Origin: Sandaracinaceae bacterium
GTDB lineage: Bacteria; Myxococcota_A; Polyangia; Polyangiales; Sandaracinaceae
Assembly: GCA_044220955.1 (NCBI GenBank)
Contig: JBGAQA010000004.1
Location: 81,413 to 145,412 of the forward strand
Length of the DNA stretch: 64,000 bases
Direction of reading: 5' to 3'
This document shows positions 17,910-26,937 of this stretch, in pieces (within the stretch, counting starts at the first letter, position 1; each line of letters opens with the position of its first letter). The position numbers were made by a program, and so were the translations under genes. The notes below the pieces were generated by a model that saw only the letters and a program-made list of their open reading frames with translations, was not told the DNA's origin and did no database searches.

Positions 17910-19070
17910 TCAGAAGACGTCCGTCACGATCGCGTCGAGGGCCAGCCAATGCTCGCGCGGGACGCGCAGGGTGTCACCTTCCCGGATCAGCTCACCGCGC
18001 GCGAGCCGACGCGCCACCGCCGTCTCGCGCCCCGAGAGCGGGTCCCGCCCCGCCCGCGCCGCGAGGGCGCGGAGGTCCACGCCCTCGCGCGTCCGGAGGC
18101 CGAGCATCAGGGCCTCGCGGACGACGTCGTCGGCCAGGAGCGCCTCCTGGAACACGGTCACGGCGGCGGTGCCGCTCCGCTCGAGGTAGCGCGCCGGCAC
18201 TGGCTCGCTGCGCCAGCGCGTGGCGCCCCGCGTCGCGGGGGCCTCGACGCAGCCGTACGCGCCCGCGCCGAGGCCGACGTGATCGCCGCCGCGCCAGTAG
18301 TGCTGGTTGTGGCGTGCTTGCTCCCCCGGCATCGCGTGGTTGGAGACCTCGTAGTGCACGAAGCCCGCCCGTCCGAGCGCCTCGCTCGCGCGCTCGAAGG
18401 TCTCGGCGTAGTCGTCCTCCTTCGCGACCTGGAGCAGTCCCTTCTTGTGCAGCTCGCCGAAGCGCGTGCCCGCCTCGATCGTGAGGGCGTACGCCGAGAC
18501 GTGCCGCACGCCGGTCGCGAGCACGCGCTCGAGCTCGGGGACGAAGTCGCTCGCTCGCTGCCCCGGGGCGCCGAACATGAGGTCCGCGCTGACGCGGGGC
18601 ACGACGCTCACGGCGGCCTCGAGCGCGCGGAGCGCGCCGTCCGGATCGTGCAGGCGCCCGAGGTACGCGAGGCGCCCGGGGTCGAGCGACTGCACGCCGA
18701 TGGAGAGGCGCCCCACGCCCACGTCGTGCAGCGCCGCCGCGCGGTCGCGATCCAGCGAGGTCGGGTTGCACTCGACGGTGACCTCGAGATCGGCGGCCTC
18801 ACCGGCGAAGGCGGCGCGCACCCCGTGGAGCACGCGGCCGAGCGCCGCCGGCTCCCAGAGAGAAGGTGTGCCGCCTCCGAAGAAGACGCTGACGAGCTCG
18901 GCGTCGGTCGCGATCACCGCGGGAGCGCGCAGGCGCAGCTCCGCGAGCACGGCGTCGGCGTACGCCTCGTGCGGAACCGCATCGCGGGCCGTCGCGTGCG
19001 AGTTGAAGTCGCAGTACGGGCACTTCTTGAGGCACCAGGGGAAGTGCACGTAGACCGAGACGGGGTGCAC
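17910..19070 (-). CDS. hemW: Radical SAM heme chaperone HemW
   Basis: YVHFPWCLKKCPYCDFN, GGGTPS, YEVSN, and the HemW-type HNxxYW motif (HNQHYW). Confidence 0.9.
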   Translation of the reverse strand: MHPVSVYVHFPWCLKKCPYCDFNSHATARDAVPHEAYADAVLAELRLRAPAVIATDAELVSVFFGGGTPSLWEPAALGRVLHGVRAAFAGEAADLEVTVECNPTSLDRDRAAALHDVGVGRLSIGVQSLDPGRLAYLGRLHDPDGALRALEAAVSVVPRVSADLMFGAPGQRASDFVPELERVLATGVRHVSAYALTIEAGTRFGELHKKGLLQVAKEDDYAETFERASEALGRAGFVHYEVSNHAMPGEQARHNQHYWRGGDHVGLGAGAYGCVEAPATRGATRWRSEPVPARYLERSGTAAVTVFQEALLADDVVREALMLGLRTREGVDLRALAARAGRDPLSGRETAVARRLARGELIREGDTLRVPREHWLALDAIVTDVF

Positions 19071-19163
19071 GGAGCGTCCTCGTGGCGCTTCCCGGCGGGC
19101 CCGTCAATGCCCCGCCGCGCGCGTCGGCCGCAAAGTCGGGGTGCCTCGATGTATCCTCCGCGC

Positions 19164-21041
19164 GTGGTGCGCGTCTCGGCCCTCCTCTTCGCCCTCGGGC
19201 TCACGCTCGTGCCCTCGCTCGCGCTCGCCCAGCGCACGCTGGACATCTCGCGCTTCACGCCCGCGCCGGACGGGGACGGCTTCCTCGGCATCGCGGGCAC
19301 GCGGACGCCAGGGCCCTTCAACACGAACTTCGGGCTCTTCGTCAGCTACGCCTCGTCGCCCTTCATCCTGCGGAGCACGAGCGATCCGAGCGTGCGCACG
19401 GGCGTGGTGTCCGACCGCGTGGACCTCGACGCGCTCTTCCAGGTCGGCATCCTCGGGCGCTTCGCGCTCGTCGTCGACGCGCCCGTCGTCGCGTACCAGC
19501 AGGGCAACGGTCCGTTCTACGACGGCGGTCCCGCTCTCGCGGTGGTCGCGATCCGCGATCCGCGCCTCGCCGTGCGCGCCCGCCTGCTCGGTGAGGACGC
19601 CACCGTCGATCGGGCGCGCCACGAAGGCGAGGGCCTCGCGCTGCAGTTCGCGACGACGGTCCCGCTCGGCATGAGCGACGCCTTCGCGGGGGAGGGCGCG
19701 CCCACGGTGGACGCGGCGATCCTGGGCGACTTCCACCTGCTCGACTTCGGCATCGGTGGTCAGCTGGGCTTCCGGCACCACTTCGCGGAGCCTCAGATCC
19801 TCGGGATTCCGTTCCGCAACCAGCTCTTCGCCGGCGTCGCGGTCCAGGTCCCTGCGTTCTTCGTGGACCACCTGCTCGCGATCGCGGAGGTCGACGTCAC
19901 CACCGACGCGGAGAGCCCCTTCGGCAACTCGGCGAGCACGGCGGTCGAGTGGCGCCTCGGCGGCCGCTACACGCTCGCCGACACCCAGATCACCGTCGCA
20001 GGCGGCACGGGTCTGGTCGCGGGCGTCGGCGTCCCGGCGGGCCGCCTGATCGTGGGCGTCTCGTTCGCCCCGCGCGTGCACGATCGGGACGCGGACCACA
20101 TCACGGACGACCGCGATGCCTGCGTGACGCTGCCCGAGGATCTCGACGATCACGAGGACGACGACGGCTGCCCGGAGCCGGACAACGACGGGGACCTCGT
20201 GCCCGACCTCGACGACCACTGCCCGAACGAGGCGTCCGAGTTCGAGCGCGACGCCGACGAGGACGGCTGCAACGATCCGGTCGTCGACACCGACGCGGAC
20301 GGCGTGAACGACGACGTCGACGGGTGTCCGAGCGAGCCCGAGGACTCGGACGGCAACGAGGACGCGGACGGCTGTCCGGAGCCGGACGACGACAGCGACG
20401 GCGTGCTCGACGTGACCGATGCTTGCCGCGCGGTGCCCGAGGACGCCGATGGCGTGGACGACGCGGACGGTTGTCCGGACCTCGACGACGACGGCGACGG
20501 CGTCCCGGACGCCGGGGACGCGTGCCGCGACGTGGCCGAGGACGCGGACGGTCACGACGACGCGGACGGCTGCCCGGACGAGGACGACGATCACGACGGC
20601 GTCGTCGACGCGAGCGACACGTGCGCGGGGGAGCTGGAGACGATCAACGGGCGAGCCGACGACGACGGCTGCCCGGACGCCGGGCGCGGTCGCTGGACGG
20701 GCAGCGGGGTCGGCACTGCCGACTTCACGCTCACCGGCACGCTGCGCTTCGCGCGCGACGGGACGCTGCCCGCGACCGAGGATGGTGCGCTCGATCAGCT
20801 CGCCGCGTGGCTGCGCGCGGACGGACACCGGGACCACGTGCTGCGGATCCCGGTCGCGGACGACCGGCGGGTGGCCGCACTCCGCCAGGCGCTCGCGCAG
20901 CGGGGCCTGGCGGACGACGGCGAGGTCGCGCCCGATCCGACGCTGCACGGGACCGCGCTGCGCGTCACCCGGCACGGCTACGTCCCGCCCGGCGTGACGG
21001 CGCCCCCGGCGCCTGCGCCCGCGCCCGCGCCCGCGCCATGA
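19164..21041 (+). CDS. TraB-like outer-membrane beta-barrel with thrombospondin type-3 repeats and degenerate OmpA-like C-terminus
   Basis: Signal peptide, amphipathic beta strands, about 6 DxDxDGxxDxxDxCPxxPEDxDGxxDxDGCP units. Start at GTG 19164 or ATG 19149. Confidence 0.85.
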   Translation: MVRVSALLFALGLTLVPSLALAQRTLDISRFTPAPDGDGFLGIAGTRTPGPFNTNFGLFVSYASSPFILRSTSDPSVRTGVVSDRVDLDALFQVGILGRFALVVDAPVVAYQQGNGPFYDGGPALAVVAIRDPRLAVRARLLGEDATVDRARHEGEGLALQFATTVPLGMSDAFAGEGAPTVDAAILGDFHLLDFGIGGQLGFRHHFAEPQILGIPFRNQLFAGVAVQVPAFFVDHLLAIAEVDVTTDAESPFGNSASTAVEWRLGGRYTLADTQITVAGGTGLVAGVGVPAGRLIVGVSFAPRVHDRDADHITDDRDACVTLPEDLDDHEDDDGCPEPDNDGDLVPDLDDHCPNEASEFERDADEDGCNDPVVDTDADGVNDDVDGCPSEPEDSDGNEDADGCPEPDDDSDGVLDVTDACRAVPEDADGVDDADGCPDLDDDGDGVPDAGDACRDVAEDADGHDDADGCPDEDDDHDGVVDASDTCAGELETINGRADDDGCPDAGRGRWTGSGVGTADFTLTGTLRFARDGTLPATEDGALDQLAAWLRADGHRDHVLRIPVADDRRVAALRQALAQRGLADDGEVAPDPTLHGTALRVTRHGYVPPGVTAPPAPAPAPAPAP

Positions 21042-22051
21042 CTCCGCTCCGCGGCCGGCTCGAGCACCCGCTGCTGCGGAGCGCGCTCTTGCGGGCGAAC
21101 GTCCTCTCGGACCCGACGGAGCGCGAGGTGCTCGTGTATCTGCCGCCGAGCTACGACGAGACGAAGCCCCGCCGCTTCCCGCTGGTGATGATCCTTCCCG
21201 CGTTCGGAGCCGCGCACCGCACCCTCGCGACCTTCCGGCTCTGGGAGAAGAACGTCTTCGAGATCTTCGAGTCCCTGCTCGCGCGCGCCGAGTGCGTGGA
21301 GGCGATCCTCGCCGTCCCCGACGCCGTGAACCGCTGGGGCGGCTCCCAGTTCCTCGACTCACCCGCCAGCGGCGCGTACCAGAGCTACGTCGTGGAGGAG
21401 GTCGTGCCCTTCCTCGATCAGCTCTACCGCACGATCCCCACGCGCGAGGCCCGCGCGATCGTGGGTCGCTCGTCGGGCGGGTTCGGCGCGCTCCGGATCG
21501 GCATCGATCGCCCGGACGTGTTCGCCGCGATCGGCAGCCACGCGGGGGACGCGCTCTTCGACGCGAGCCTTCGGCCGACGTTCACCGAGGTCGCGACCGT
21601 CCTCGATCGCGAGGGCGGCCTCCACGCGTTCGCAGCACGCATGCGCGATCAGGGGCCGCGCGGGGACGGCGACTTCGCGGCGATCGGGCTGCTCGCCTGC
21701 GCGGCGGCCTACGCGCCGAACATGACGTCGCCCTTTCCGCACTGCGATCTTCCCTTCGATCCGGCGACGGCGCTGCCGGTGCCGGAGGTGTGGGCGCGCT
21801 TCCTCGACCACGATCCGGTGCTCCTGCTCGAGCGCTTCCCGGCTGCGCTCGCGCGCGCCGCGTTCGTCTACCTCGACGCGGGCAACCGCGACGAGCACGG
21901 CCTGCACTTCGGCGCGCGCCGCCTCGGGCACCTGCTGCGCGAGCGTGCCGTGCCGCTCCTGCACGAGGAGTTCGACGGTGGCCACCGCAACACGACCCCG
22001 CGTTTCGCCGCCAGCTTGCCGCGATTGATCGAGGTGCTCGCGACGGGATGA
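21038..22051 (+). CDS. Alpha/beta-hydrolase esterase (enterochelin-esterase-like)
   Basis: ATGA overlap with the upstream gene; VYLPPSY, nucleophile elbow GRSSGG, DAGNRDE, FDGGH. Confidence 0.85.
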   Translation: MTPLRGRLEHPLLRSALLRANVLSDPTEREVLVYLPPSYDETKPRRFPLVMILPAFGAAHRTLATFRLWEKNVFEIFESLLARAECVEAILAVPDAVNRWGGSQFLDSPASGAYQSYVVEEVVPFLDQLYRTIPTREARAIVGRSSGGFGALRIGIDRPDVFAAIGSHAGDALFDASLRPTFTEVATVLDREGGLHAFAARMRDQGPRGDGDFAAIGLLACAAAYAPNMTSPFPHCDLPFDPATALPVPEVWARFLDHDPVLLLERFPAALARAAFVYLDAGNRDEHGLHFGARRLGHLLRERAVPLLHEEFDGGHRNTTPRFAASLPRLIEVLATG

Positions 22052-22116
22052 CGCACGGGAAAAACGCGCCTCACGATGGTCGAGTGCGCGCGCATCGAAT
22101 ATAGTCGCGGCCTCAG

Positions 22117-22917
22117 ATGGCCAAGACGGTGTCCAAGTCGGCGAAGGCGCCTGCCGCCAAGAACTCGAGCGCAGCGCGTGCGCGCACCACGGGTCAGCCC
22201 ACGCTCGCCGACAACGCGAAGGCAAACGGCAAGCTGTCCGCGCCGGCGGCGACCTCCTCCTCCGCCGCCTCGCCCGCGCCCAGCGTGCCGCCCGCGAGCG
22301 GGCTCGCCCACGAAGAAGGGCGCTCGAGCGCGACGACGGAGGCGGCCGACCGCATCATCGTGGCCAACGACTCCGCCGCCGTCGTTCTGCACGCCGAGAA
22401 CCTCGCGAGCGACAAGCCGACCACGGCGACCAGCTCCGCGCGGATCCTCGACGACCTGCTGGTGAAGAAGCCGGACATGCTCGTGGCCGCCATCGAGCGC
22501 TTCGTCACGTCCGTCGCCTCGCCCAACAAGCGCACGGTGCAGACGTCGGCGGCCGCGCTCCCGGTCATGGCGAAGCTCGCGCCGGCGCGCGTCGCGCGCC
22601 ACCTGCCGCAGCTCACGGAGGCGTTCACGCAGACGACCGACGTGGGGCGCGACGGGCTCGTGAACGCGTTCGCGGCGCTCTGTACCGCCTCCGTCGCCTA
22701 CCAGAAGCGCCTCGAGCCGGTGCTCGAGCTCGCCCTCTCGACGGCGGACCCGAAGACCCTGCTCCGCTGGGCGGAGGTGGTGCTTCCCTCGCTCAAGGGC
22801 GAGCCCCACGCGCGCGCCCGGGCCGTCGTCGAGGGACGCCTCCCCTCGATGCCGCGTCCGCTCGCCCAGCCCATCGCGACGCTGCTGGGCATCAAGCTCC
22901 GCCCCGTCGGCCGCTGA
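22117..22917 (+). CDS. Hypothetical protein with K/A/S-rich N-terminus and HEAT/ARM-like helical domain
   Basis: Strong coding bias; TATAGT upstream; amphipathic helical repeats. Confidence 0.65.
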   Translation: MAKTVSKSAKAPAAKNSSAARARTTGQPTLADNAKANGKLSAPAATSSSAASPAPSVPPASGLAHEEGRSSATTEAADRIIVANDSAAVVLHAENLASDKPTTATSSARILDDLLVKKPDMLVAAIERFVTSVASPNKRTVQTSAAALPVMAKLAPARVARHLPQLTEAFTQTTDVGRDGLVNAFAALCTASVAYQKRLEPVLELALSTADPKTLLRWAEVVLPSLKGEPHARARAVVEGRLPSMPRPLAQPIATLLGIKLRPVGR

Positions 22918-23004
22918 ACACCGCTCGTCTCGCTCGGCCGCCGGATCCTGCCCGTGGCGGCGTGGGTTGGGGCCCGCCTCGGAGCTCCCGGGCGCACCTC
23001 TCGG

Positions 23005-24180
23005 TCAGCTCGCGAGCGCCCGCTCGACGCGCGAGAGCACGAGCGCCGTGTCCGGTCGGTGACGCGGCGTCACGTGGAGCGCGCGCAGCACCGGGAGCGC
23101 GTCGAGCGACACGCGGCCGAGGCGCAGCTCGTCGAGCGACGCCTCGCCGCGGGCGAGGGCGGCGCGCACGCGGAGGTAGCCGGCGAGGTAGCTCGCGTCG
23201 CGCGCGACGCCGCCGCCCCGGTACGCCCGCTCGGCCGTGACCACCGCGACGTCGGAGGGCAGGGCGAGGTCGCGGTGCAGCGAGAGCGCCGTCTCGCCGA
23301 AGCTCGCGCCCGCGTGCATGCGGTCGGTCGCGACGACGCGCGCTGCGAGCACGCGCCAGCGCGCGGGATCGAGGGTGCCCGCCGCTTGCTCGAGCGCGAT
23401 CGCGATCCCCTCCTGATCGGCGAAGCTGCCCGCCGTGCCGGTCTCGACCAGACGCAGTGGATGCAGCGCCCCGTTGGCGGCCGCGACCGCGTGGCCGAGG
23501 ACCTCGTGGGCGACGAGGCGCACGCACTCGCGTCGGCCGAAGCGGCGCGCGGCCACGAAGACCGTTCGATCGCCGGCCGCAGCCCCGGCGCCGAGGCGCG
23601 GCTCGACCCGCACGTCGACCTCGAGCCCCGCCGCGCGGACGGCCACGCGCAGGGCCCCGGCCATCGAGCAGGGACCGCCGTCGGACGGGAGCACGCGCGG
23701 CTCTGCATCCGCGGCGGCGAGCGCGAGGATCCGGGCCGCGACCTCCGCCAGCGCCTGCTCGCGCCCGTCGTGCTCGACGCGCAGCGCGCCGGTCCCGTAG
23801 CGACGCGCCGCGAGCGGACGCACGACGTTCGCTCGCCCCAGCGACTCCATCATGGCCAGATCGAGCTCGAGCTCCCCGAGGCGTGCCGCGTAGAGGTCGG
23901 CCAGCAAGTGGCCGCGTGCCCGCTCGACGAGCGCGATTCCGCTCGCGATGGCGCGCCGCAGGCCGGGGTCGATCGGGCGCTGCTCGATCTGCCAGCGCGG
24001 GCTCGCCACCTGCCCGGCCTCGACCGCCTGCGTCAGCCGCGCGCGCTCGGCGGGCGCGTTGCGGGCGACGAGCGCCGGGAGCACGCGTGTGACGCGCGTG
24101 GCCTCGGCGCAGAGCGTGTCGAGCGCGGCGAGCGGGGATCCGCTGGCCTTCCCGAGCCCGAGCTCGCTGGCGGTCCACAC
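23005..24180 (-). CDS. DUF1704 / QEGLA-motif metallopeptidase (MATCAP-like)
   Basis: HEVLGH (HExxxH), QEGIA, RAYRGGG...RDASYLAGY. Confidence 0.8.
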   Translation of the reverse strand: MWTASELGLGKASGSPLAALDTLCAEATRVTRVLPALVARNAPAERARLTQAVEAGQVASPRWQIEQRPIDPGLRRAIASGIALVERARGHLLADLYAARLGELELDLAMMESLGRANVVRPLAARRYGTGALRVEHDGREQALAEVAARILALAAADAEPRVLPSDGGPCSMAGALRVAVRAAGLEVDVRVEPRLGAGAAAGDRTVFVAARRFGRRECVRLVAHEVLGHAVAAANGALHPLRLVETGTAGSFADQEGIAIALEQAAGTLDPARWRVLAARVVATDRMHAGASFGETALSLHRDLALPSDVAVVTAERAYRGGGVARDASYLAGYLRVRAALARGEASLDELRLGRVSLDALPVLRALHVTPRHRPDTALVLSRVERALAS

Positions 24181-24208
24181 CCGCTCGAGCGTAGCACCGC
24201 GATGCAGC

Positions 24209-25813
24209 TCAATGCCGGTACGGGTTCACGAGCAGGTCGTCGTCGTCTTCGTCGTCCTGGGAGCTGTGGCTCGGACGGTGCGTCGGACGGTGGGCGCCCG
24301 TGTGCGCGTGCGTCTCGGGCTCCGCGCTCGTCGCCGGAGGCACGTCCGTGGGGGGCGGTGGGTCGACGCCGACGGCCGTGGTCGCGACGGTGGTGGGGGG
24401 CACGACGACCGTCGTCGGGGGCGCGACGACGACCGTGGTGGGAGGCGTGAGCGCGACGCTGCTCGGCGGCGCGCTCGTGGGCGTTCCCCCGGCGCCGCCC
24501 CCGAACATCATCACGGCGCCACCACCTGCCACCACCAGGAGGAGCAAGACGATCACCGCCGCCGCGACGGCGAGCCGGCGGTCGGGCGGGGCCGTCGGCT
24601 CCTCGGCCGACGCTGCCACCGTCCTCGGCGTGGCGCCGACGGTCGCGTCCTCGGACTTGATCGGCGGCAGAGCGCCCGGCGGCGCGTTGATCGCGCGCAC
24701 CATGCTCGGCGTCTGGCCGAGCGAGGCGAGCGGGCCCGACTGCGTGATCGGGGTGAGCGCGCTGCCTTCCGGGCGCGGGACGATCCCACCCGGACCGACC
24801 TCGCTGCGACCGAGCGAGTCGATGGCCGTGCGGATGCGCGTCGCCTCGGTGTCGATCTTGGTGCCGAGCCATTCGCGCACGGACTTCCCGACCTGCCGCG
24901 GCGTCGCGAGGCCGCCGATGCCTGCGGCCGCGGCCTCGAGCGCCTCGACGAGCTCGGCGGCCGTCTGGTAGCGCTCCGCGGGATCGCGCGCGAGCGCCTT
25001 CATCAGGACGGCGTCGAGCGGCGCGAGATCCGCGACGTACTCGCTCGGCGCGGGGATGGGCGCGTTGAGCAGCCGGTTGAGCAGCTCTCCGTTGTTGTCG
25101 GCACGGAAGAGGCGCCGCCCCGTGAGCGACTCCCAGAGGACGATGCCCATGCTGAACAGGTCGCTGCGCTGATCGGCGGTGCCGTTCGACGCCTGCTCCG
25201 GCGCCATGTAGGCGAGCTTGCCCTTGAACTGCCCGTCGCGCGTCGAGCTGAGGCGGACCTCCGCCTTGGCCACGCCGAAGTCGGTGATGCGCGCCACTCC
25301 GTCGGTGCCGAGCAGGATGTTGTGGGGGGAGATGTCGCGGTGGACGATCGCGAGCGGCTTGCCGTCGCCGTCCTTGAGGCCGTGCGCCGCGGAGAGCCCC
25401 TCGAGCGCATCGACGACGATGCGCAGCGTCACCGACGTCGGCAGGCGCGTGCTGCCGCGCGCGGCCTCCCGCAGCAGGGCGCCGAGGTGGTCGCCCTCGA
25501 TGTACTCCATGACCAGGAAGTAGCCGTCGCCCTGCGAGTCCGAGATGTCGAGCGTCGGCACGACGTTCGGGTGGCGGATGCGCGCGGCCAGGCGCGCCTC
25601 GTCGAGGAACATCGAGATGAACTCGTCGTCGTGCGCGAGGTGTGGGTGCAGCACCTTGATCGCCACGAGCCGCTCGAAACCCGCGACGCCCTGCGCGCGA
25701 GCGACGTAGACCGTCGCCATGCCGCCCGCGGCGAGCTGCGCGAGCATCTCGTAGCGCCCGAGCTTCTTGCCCGAGAGATCGCGCGCCGGCTGCATCGCCG
25801 AGCTCGTCGTCAC
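24209..25813 (-). CDS. Membrane Ser/Thr protein kinase
   Basis: AAGGMATV, VAIK, HRDISPHNIL, DFG, GKLAYMAPE; TM helix; P/T-rich tail ending DDEDDDDLLVNPYRH. Confidence 0.95.
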   Translation of the reverse strand: MTTSSAMQPARDLSGKKLGRYEMLAQLAAGGMATVYVARAQGVAGFERLVAIKVLHPHLAHDDEFISMFLDEARLAARIRHPNVVPTLDISDSQGDGYFLVMEYIEGDHLGALLREAARGSTRLPTSVTLRIVVDALEGLSAAHGLKDGDGKPLAIVHRDISPHNILLGTDGVARITDFGVAKAEVRLSSTRDGQFKGKLAYMAPEQASNGTADQRSDLFSMGIVLWESLTGRRLFRADNNGELLNRLLNAPIPAPSEYVADLAPLDAVLMKALARDPAERYQTAAELVEALEAAAAGIGGLATPRQVGKSVREWLGTKIDTEATRIRTAIDSLGRSEVGPGGIVPRPEGSALTPITQSGPLASLGQTPSMVRAINAPPGALPPIKSEDATVGATPRTVAASAEEPTAPPDRRLAVAAAVIVLLLLVVAGGGAVMMFGGGAGGTPTSAPPSSVALTPPTTVVVAPPTTVVVPPTTVATTAVGVDPPPPTDVPPATSAEPETHAHTGAHRPTHRPSHSSQDDEDDDDLLVNPYRH

Positions 25814-25814
25814 G

Positions 25815-26798
25815 TCAGAAGCTCCCGTCCACGCGGACGCCGGCGCCGCCTGGAAGGCCGATCAGCGAGACCGCGGGCGGCTCGTCCTGCGCGCTCGCGC
25901 CACCGCCGCCCCAGTCGGTCAGCACCGCCAGCAGCACCGACGTCGCCGCGAGCGCACCCGTCACGCCCCACATCACGTCGGTTCGAATCTCGCGGCCCTG
26001 TCCAGCTTGGAGGGCGGCCTCGGTCGGGTTCGCCTGGTAGCCCGGGACGCCGTCGTACATGTCGACGGCCGACCAGGTGAGGATCGCCCCGGAGACCGCG
26101 GTCAGACCCGCGGCCGTGATGAAGATCGCGGGGTGCAGGCCGCTGCTCGAGGGCGGCGGCGGCGGCGGCGGCTCGGTCGTCGGCGGAGGCGGGGCGATGG
26201 CGACCTCGACGGCTGGCGGCGGCGGCGGCGGCGGCGGGCGCACGAAGCTCAGCGCTTGCGTCTCGCCGGCGGCGCCCGTCGTCGACTGCGCTGCGGCCGC
26301 TCCCGTGTCGAAGGTCGCGCGGACGCTGTGCGACGTGGCCGGATCGACGAAGAACGAGCCGAAGTCCTCGATCGTGCCGTCGAGCTCGATCGCGCACGTC
26401 GCATCGCAGGTCACCTCGACGCGGAGGTAGTGCGCGGTCGCGTGTCGCAGCGTCAGCTGCGCCTGTCGCGCGGCCTGCCGCTCGCTGCCGTAGAGCGCCT
26501 GCAGCCTCAGCGCGAGCGAGCCCGCGCGAACGGCTCCGTCCGAGTGCTCGTGCGCGCGGATCGCCTGGATCAGCGCGGGAGCGCTGGGCGCGAGCCGGTA
26601 GGCGGTCTCGAACAGGGTCGCCGCGCGCCCGTACTCGTGCGCGAGATACGCCGCCGTCCCGCGATCGTACGCCTCACCGGCGGCAGCTCGGTCGCTGGCG
26701 CTGGGCTCCGTCTGGGCTCGGGCGGGCGAGGCGGCCGAGAGGGCCCCGAGCGCGAGGATCGCGAGCGCGACTCCACGGACCCATCCGTGAAGACACAC
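25815..26798 (-). CDS. Secreted TPR/PEGA-like membrane protein, kinase partner
   Basis: Signal peptide (ARA-Q), TPR-like AYDRG..AY...FETAYRLAP, Pro linker, C-terminal hydrophobic segments ending DGSF. Confidence 0.75.
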   Translation of the reverse strand: MCLHGWVRGVALAILALGALSAASPARAQTEPSASDRAAAGEAYDRGTAAYLAHEYGRAATLFETAYRLAPSAPALIQAIRAHEHSDGAVRAGSLALRLQALYGSERQAARQAQLTLRHATAHYLRVEVTCDATCAIELDGTIEDFGSFFVDPATSHSVRATFDTGAAAAQSTTGAAGETQALSFVRPPPPPPPPAVEVAIAPPPPTTEPPPPPPPSSSGLHPAIFITAAGLTAVSGAILTWSAVDMYDGVPGYQANPTEAALQAGQGREIRTDVMWGVTGALAATSVLLAVLTDWGGGGASAQDEPPAVSLIGLPGGAGVRVDGSF

Positions 26799-26937
26799 TG
26801 CCACGAGGCGCTTCGAGCGCCCGCCTGCTCGGTCACCGCACACGAAGTCGATCCTGGGTGCAATGATGCCGACGCCTTCCTCGCAGCGTCAAGCGCCGCG
26901 CTCGCGCGTGCGTACGGAGGTGTGGTTGAATGGGGGC

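Noticed and set aside
20080..20680. Asp-rich DNA repeats as a mobile or non-coding repeat
   Set aside because: Explained by coding thrombospondin type-3 repeats.
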